Under the pieces are notes generated by a model that worked only from the letters and a program-made list of their open reading frames with translations, ran no database searches and was not told the origin of the DNA. A stretch of 64,000 bases of DNA, from contig CBDBHB010000006.1 in the NCBI GenBank assembly GCA_965205505.1, positions 434,111 to 498,110 on the forward strand, given 5' to 3'. The translations under genes and the position numbers were made by a program. This stretch comes from Acidobacteriota bacterium. Lineage in GTDB: Bacteria > Acidobacteriota > UBA890 > WLXD01. Positions 60,496-64,000 of this stretch are shown here, piece by piece. The first letter of the stretch is position 1. Each line of letters starts with the position of its first letter.

Positions 60496-60609
60496 GGCAA
60501 CGTCACCGTTCTTGGTCGATCAGCGTCCTAGCTCGCGCGTCTCGGGCGGAGGTTGGCGAACGGAGGGTGTGGCGAGGTTGCCTACAGGGGATGGGTGTGT
60601 TCTCCGCCC
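60469..60609. repeat. perfect 23-bp inverted repeat pair separated by 95 nt, overlapping the pdxA stop
   Basis: gggcggagaacacacccatcccc (60469-60491) is the exact reverse complement of 60587-60609. Confidence 0.5.
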
Positions 60610-61028
60610 AGCACCGTTTTCGCTATCGGCGCCGCTTCAATGGCCCGGCATCGGGGCGTTGATCCGACACCGTAGGGGACTCTTGCTACTCGACGCCGAA
60701 GTACGGCGGCGGGGAGCGTCGACTCCAACACCCCGCCCACAAACAAGGACCCCAGAGGGGTCCGAGGACTGCGGCTCGCCCTCGGTGCCGCGAACGTCAG
60801 CGCGTTCAACACCGCCTCCTCTTCAGCAGGAGTCCCCCTGTAGGTTCTGAGTCGGGAGCGGGAGCAGTCTCCCCCACGGTGTGGCTAGCGCGATGGGTGG
60901 CGGTGTGCGTGAAGACAGCCTCGCCACACCGACCGTTCGGAGGCCGACGCCCGAGACGCGCGAGCAACCCAGCCGATCTATCACCAAGCGGTGACGCTGT
61001 CACTCACGCACACCGCCACCCATCGCGC

Positions 61029-61491
61029 CTACCTACGCCGTCGCAGAGCCTGCTCCACATCCCGCTCCACCGCCTCGCGCTTCAGGATGTCGCGCTTGTC
61101 ATAGTTTTTCTTGCCCCGCGCCACCGCGATCTCCACCTTGGCGCGACCGTTGCGGAAGTAGATGCGTAGAGGTACGAGGGTGAAGCCCCTTTCTATCTGG
61201 CGACCGAACACACGATCGATCTCACGCCGCTTCAGCAAGAGTTTGCGGACGCGCTCCGGGTCGTGCTGATTGTGCTTGCCGGCTGCGGGATAGGGGCCGA
61301 TGTGGAGGTTGTGCAGCCAGACCTCGCCGTCTGTGATCGAGGCGTAGGCATCCTTGAGGTTGGCATTTCCGAGGCGTAGAGACTTCACTTCGGAGCCCAG
61401 CAGGACGACGCCGGCTTCGTACGTATCGAGGAGCTCGTAGTTCTTACGCGCCCGACGATTGTTCGCGACCACCTTTAGGTCCTCGGCCATA
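61029..61491 (-). CDS. smpB: SsrA-binding protein
   Basis: Start MAEDLKVVANNRRARKNYE. SmpB core (…GSEVKSLR…LHNLHIGPY…) and basic C-terminal tail. Confidence 0.85.
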
Positions 61492-61494
61492 AGC

Positions 61495-62799
61495 CTACAG
61501 ACGCACGAGGTTCGGCGGCGCTTTCCCTTCGACGACGTTGCGCGTATCCACAACAAGCGGCGACGCAGCAACAACGCCCGCCCAGTCGATATTGCTGTGG
61601 TCGGTGCCCACGACGACACAGTCCGCCTCGGCACAGGCCTCGATCAGCCCGTCGATGGAATGCAGTGGACCGAGACCTTCGATGTTTTCGAGCGCCGGCA
61701 CGAACGGATTATGGTACGAGACGTCGGCGCCCTTGGCAGCCAGCAGCTGCATGATGTCGATGGCCGGCGATTCGCGCGTATCATCAACATCTCGCTTGTA
61801 CGCCACGCCGATCATCACGACGCGTGAGCCGTTAACGCTCTTCCGTTGATCATTGAGCGCATCAACTACCTTCTGCACGACGTGGTGCGGCATGCCCGCG
61901 TTGATCTCGGAGGCCACCTCGATGAGGCGGGCGTGATAGTCGAGGGTGCGTACCTTCCAGGTCAGCTAGTGCGGATCGATCGGTATGCAGTGTCCACCGA
62001 GCCCGGGCCCCGGGTAGAAGGGCATGAAGCCGAATGGCTTGGTAGCGGCGGCACGGATCACCTCCCACGAGTCGATGCCAAGCCGGTCGCATATCAGCGC
62101 CATCTCGTTGGCCAAACCGATGTTCACGGCGCGAAACGTGTTCTCGAGCAGCTTCACGAGCTCAGCGACGCGCGGCGAGGACACAGCATGCACCGTACCC
62201 ACGATGGTGCCATAGAGCGCCGTCGCCACATGGGTGCATTTCGTCGTCATGACCCCGATGACCTTGGGCGTGTTTTCGAGCGTGAAAGTCTCGTTTCCAG
62301 GATCGATGCGCTCGGGGGAGAAGGCGAGGAAATAGTCGCGCCCGGCTTGGCGTCCGTGGGTCTCCAGCCTCGGCAACAGCACCTCTTCGGTGGTACCCGG
62401 GTACGTGGTGCTCTCGAGAACCACGAGCATGTCGTCGTGCATCGCCTCGGCTACGCGATCGGCCGACGCGACGACATACGAAATGTCAGGATCGCGGGTC
62501 TTGCTAAGCGGCGTCGGCACGCAGATGTGGACGCTGTCTGCGGTGGCGATGACGGCCGCATCGGTGGTTGCCTCGACCCGTCCGGCCTCGACCTGAGCGC
62601 GCAGGCGCTCTGAAGCGGTGTCGGGTACGTACGACTCGCCCCGGCGGATCGCCTCGACCTTGGAGTTGTCGATGTCCAGCCCGGTTACCCGGAAGCCCGC
62701 CTCCGCAAAGCTCACCGCCAGCGGCAAGCCCACGTATCCGAGCCCCATGACGCAGACATGGGCGCTGCGATCTTGGATACGAGTGAGGAGATCGGACAT
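61495..62799 (-). CDS. nucleotide-sugar (UDP-N-acetyl-D-mannosamine / UDP-glucose family) dehydrogenase, interrupted by one in-frame TAG at 61966-61968
   Basis: Start MSDLLTRIQDRSAHVCVMGLGYVGLP (NAD-binding). Catalytic-Cys motif GGHCIPIDPH is followed by TAG, where the family has Tyr. The frame continues …LTWKVRTLDYHARLIEVASEINAGMP… to the C-terminal UDP-binding domain. Confidence 0.7.
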
Positions 62800-62974
62800 T
62801 CGCCCGGCAGGATGCGCGCGACCTGCGCAGAAGGAAGGGAACCGGCTGGCAGTATAGGTAGCAGGGTTCGGAACGGGCAAGCACGGCATGAGACGATGCC
62901 GCGGTGCGCGTTCCGCCGACGAGCTCACCGATCGCGCCGACTGCGATCACCCTGGAGCACGTTTGTTGGAAACG

Positions 62975-63469
62975 ATGAGAGCTTACCTGGGACTGGGTTC
63001 GAATGTGGGCAACCGTACTGCGTGGCTTCGTCGCGGCCTCGACGGATTGCGCAACGCCGGACTCCAGCTCGGCTCCGTGTCTTCGTTCTATCTGACGGAG
63101 CCGGTCGACAACCCGGCGCTTCCCTGGTTCGTCAACTGTGCCGCTGAGGTTCTTCATCCGCCGGCGCCACGTGCGTTGCTCGACGCCGCGCTACAGGTCG
63201 AGAAGGCCTGCGGACGGCGGCGCTCGAGTGCCACGGTCGAGGCGCGAACGCTCGACGTTGACATTCTGCTTTATGATCTTCGCATCGTGGACGAATCCGG
63301 CCTACAGATCCCACATCCCAGGATGCACACGCGGCGATTCGTTCTGCGCCCACTGGCCGAGCTTGCAGCGGATCTCCTACATCCGGCCTATGGCGCGCCC
63401 ATCAGTGACATGTTCCTGCGACTGGACGCCGCCGAGCGCGTCTGGCTGCTATCGCCGCCGCCTGCTTGA
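62975..63469 (+). CDS. folK: 2-amino-4-hydroxy-6-hydroxymethyldihydropteridine pyrophosphokinase
   Basis: Start MRAYLGLGSNVG. HPPK motifs (RTLDVDILLYD, HPRMHTRRFVLRPL). Confidence 0.85.
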   Translation: MRAYLGLGSNVGNRTAWLRRGLDGLRNAGLQLGSVSSFYLTEPVDNPALPWFVNCAAEVLHPPAPRALLDAALQVEKACGRRRSSATVEARTLDVDILLYDLRIVDESGLQIPHPRMHTRRFVLRPLAELAADLLHPAYGAPISDMFLRLDAAERVWLLSPPPA

Positions 63470-64000
63470 TGCGCAAGAATTACCTGGCCCTCGACGGCCC
63501 CATCGGAGTAGGCAAGACGAGTCTGGTCAACCTGATGGTGGAGCGCCTCGGAGCAACCAAGATCCTCGAGGATCCGGAGAACCCGTTTCTGGAGTCCTTC
63601 TACCAGGAGAAGACCGGGGCGGCGTTCCAGGCGCAGCTCTACTTCCTGCTATCGCGATTCCAACTGCTGACCCAAGCCCGGCAGAGCGACCTGTTCGCGC
63701 GCTTCACGGTGGCCGATTTCACTCTGCAAAAGGATCAAGTCTTCGCTCATCTCACGCTCACCGACAGCGAGCTGCTTCTGTACGAGAAGCTCTACGGCGT
63801 GCTCGCGCCGCAGGTGCCGAAGCCCGATCTGATCGTCTATCTACAAGGCTCGACCGAAGTACTTGTGCGGCGAGTCGAGATGCGCAGTCGCCCCGAAGAG
63901 CGCAGCATCTCGCACGACTATCTGCAGCAGGTGAACCAAGCCTACGCACACTACTACTTGCAGTATGACGAGTCGCCGCTGCTGGTCATCAACACGACCG
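63469..64000 (+). CDS. deoxynucleoside kinase, 3'-truncated by window edge
   Basis: MRKNYLALDGPIGVGKTS P-loop and dNK family architecture. ATG overlaps the folK stop. Confidence 0.8.
   Translation, partial: MRKNYLALDGPIGVGKTSLVNLMVERLGATKILEDPENPFLESFYQEKTGAAFQAQLYFLLSRFQLLTQARQSDLFARFTVADFTLQKDQVFAHLTLTDSELLLYEKLYGVLAPQVPKPDLIVYLQGSTEVLVRRVEMRSRPEERSISHDYLQQVNQAYAHYYLQYDESPLLVINTT

Noticed and set aside
60496-61028. tmRNA (ssrA) expected next to smpB
   Set aside because: No acceptor/T-arm or tag-peptide reading frame could be found by eye on either strand. The region is left as unassigned non-coding.

Overview
GC-rich bacterial chromosomal segment. The partial first gene is an ADOP-type FtsX/MacB permease (N-terminus MGDFARDLRFGARQLINSPGF...), a family typical of Acidobacteriota/Gemmatimonadota. 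Coding density is high and most genes lie on the minus strand. Contents, in order: (i) a Tat/periplasmic sugar-oxidation locus (ApbE, DoxX, two Gfo/Idh/MocA, MFS, DUF1080, xylose-isomerase-like TIM barrel); (ii) an unusual GATase1 / 5'-3' exonuclease fusion ORF and an 855-aa membrane-anchored coiled-coil protein; (iii) a roughly 12-kb minus-strand envelope-glycoconjugate island that joins an acyl-activation module (AMP-ligase, ACP, LuxE-like, LuxC-like, SDR) to amino-sugar tailoring enzymes (Gfo/Idh/MocA, DegT aminotransferase, LbH acyltransferase, GT2) and two flippase-like membrane proteins, with an ECF sigma factor and a PIN-TRAM protein embedded; (iv) a long housekeeping block (hsp20, rfbD, mlaD, rfbC, mlaFE, alr, dnaB, a carbamoyltransferase/SxtJ/SxtK-like trio, rplI, rpsR, rpsF, hppA, pth, rplY, prs, tRNA-Gln, glyA, fsa, acyl-CoA carboxylase subunits, holB, pdxA, smpB, folK, dNK). 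Three genes carry apparent lesions (two frameshifts, one in-frame TAG). Several perfect long inverted-repeat elements sit in intergenic regions, including one with 34-bp termini (34116-34394). Start coordinates are inferred from the ORF track plus RBS inspection and may be off by a few nucleotides. No CRISPR array or rRNA was seen.
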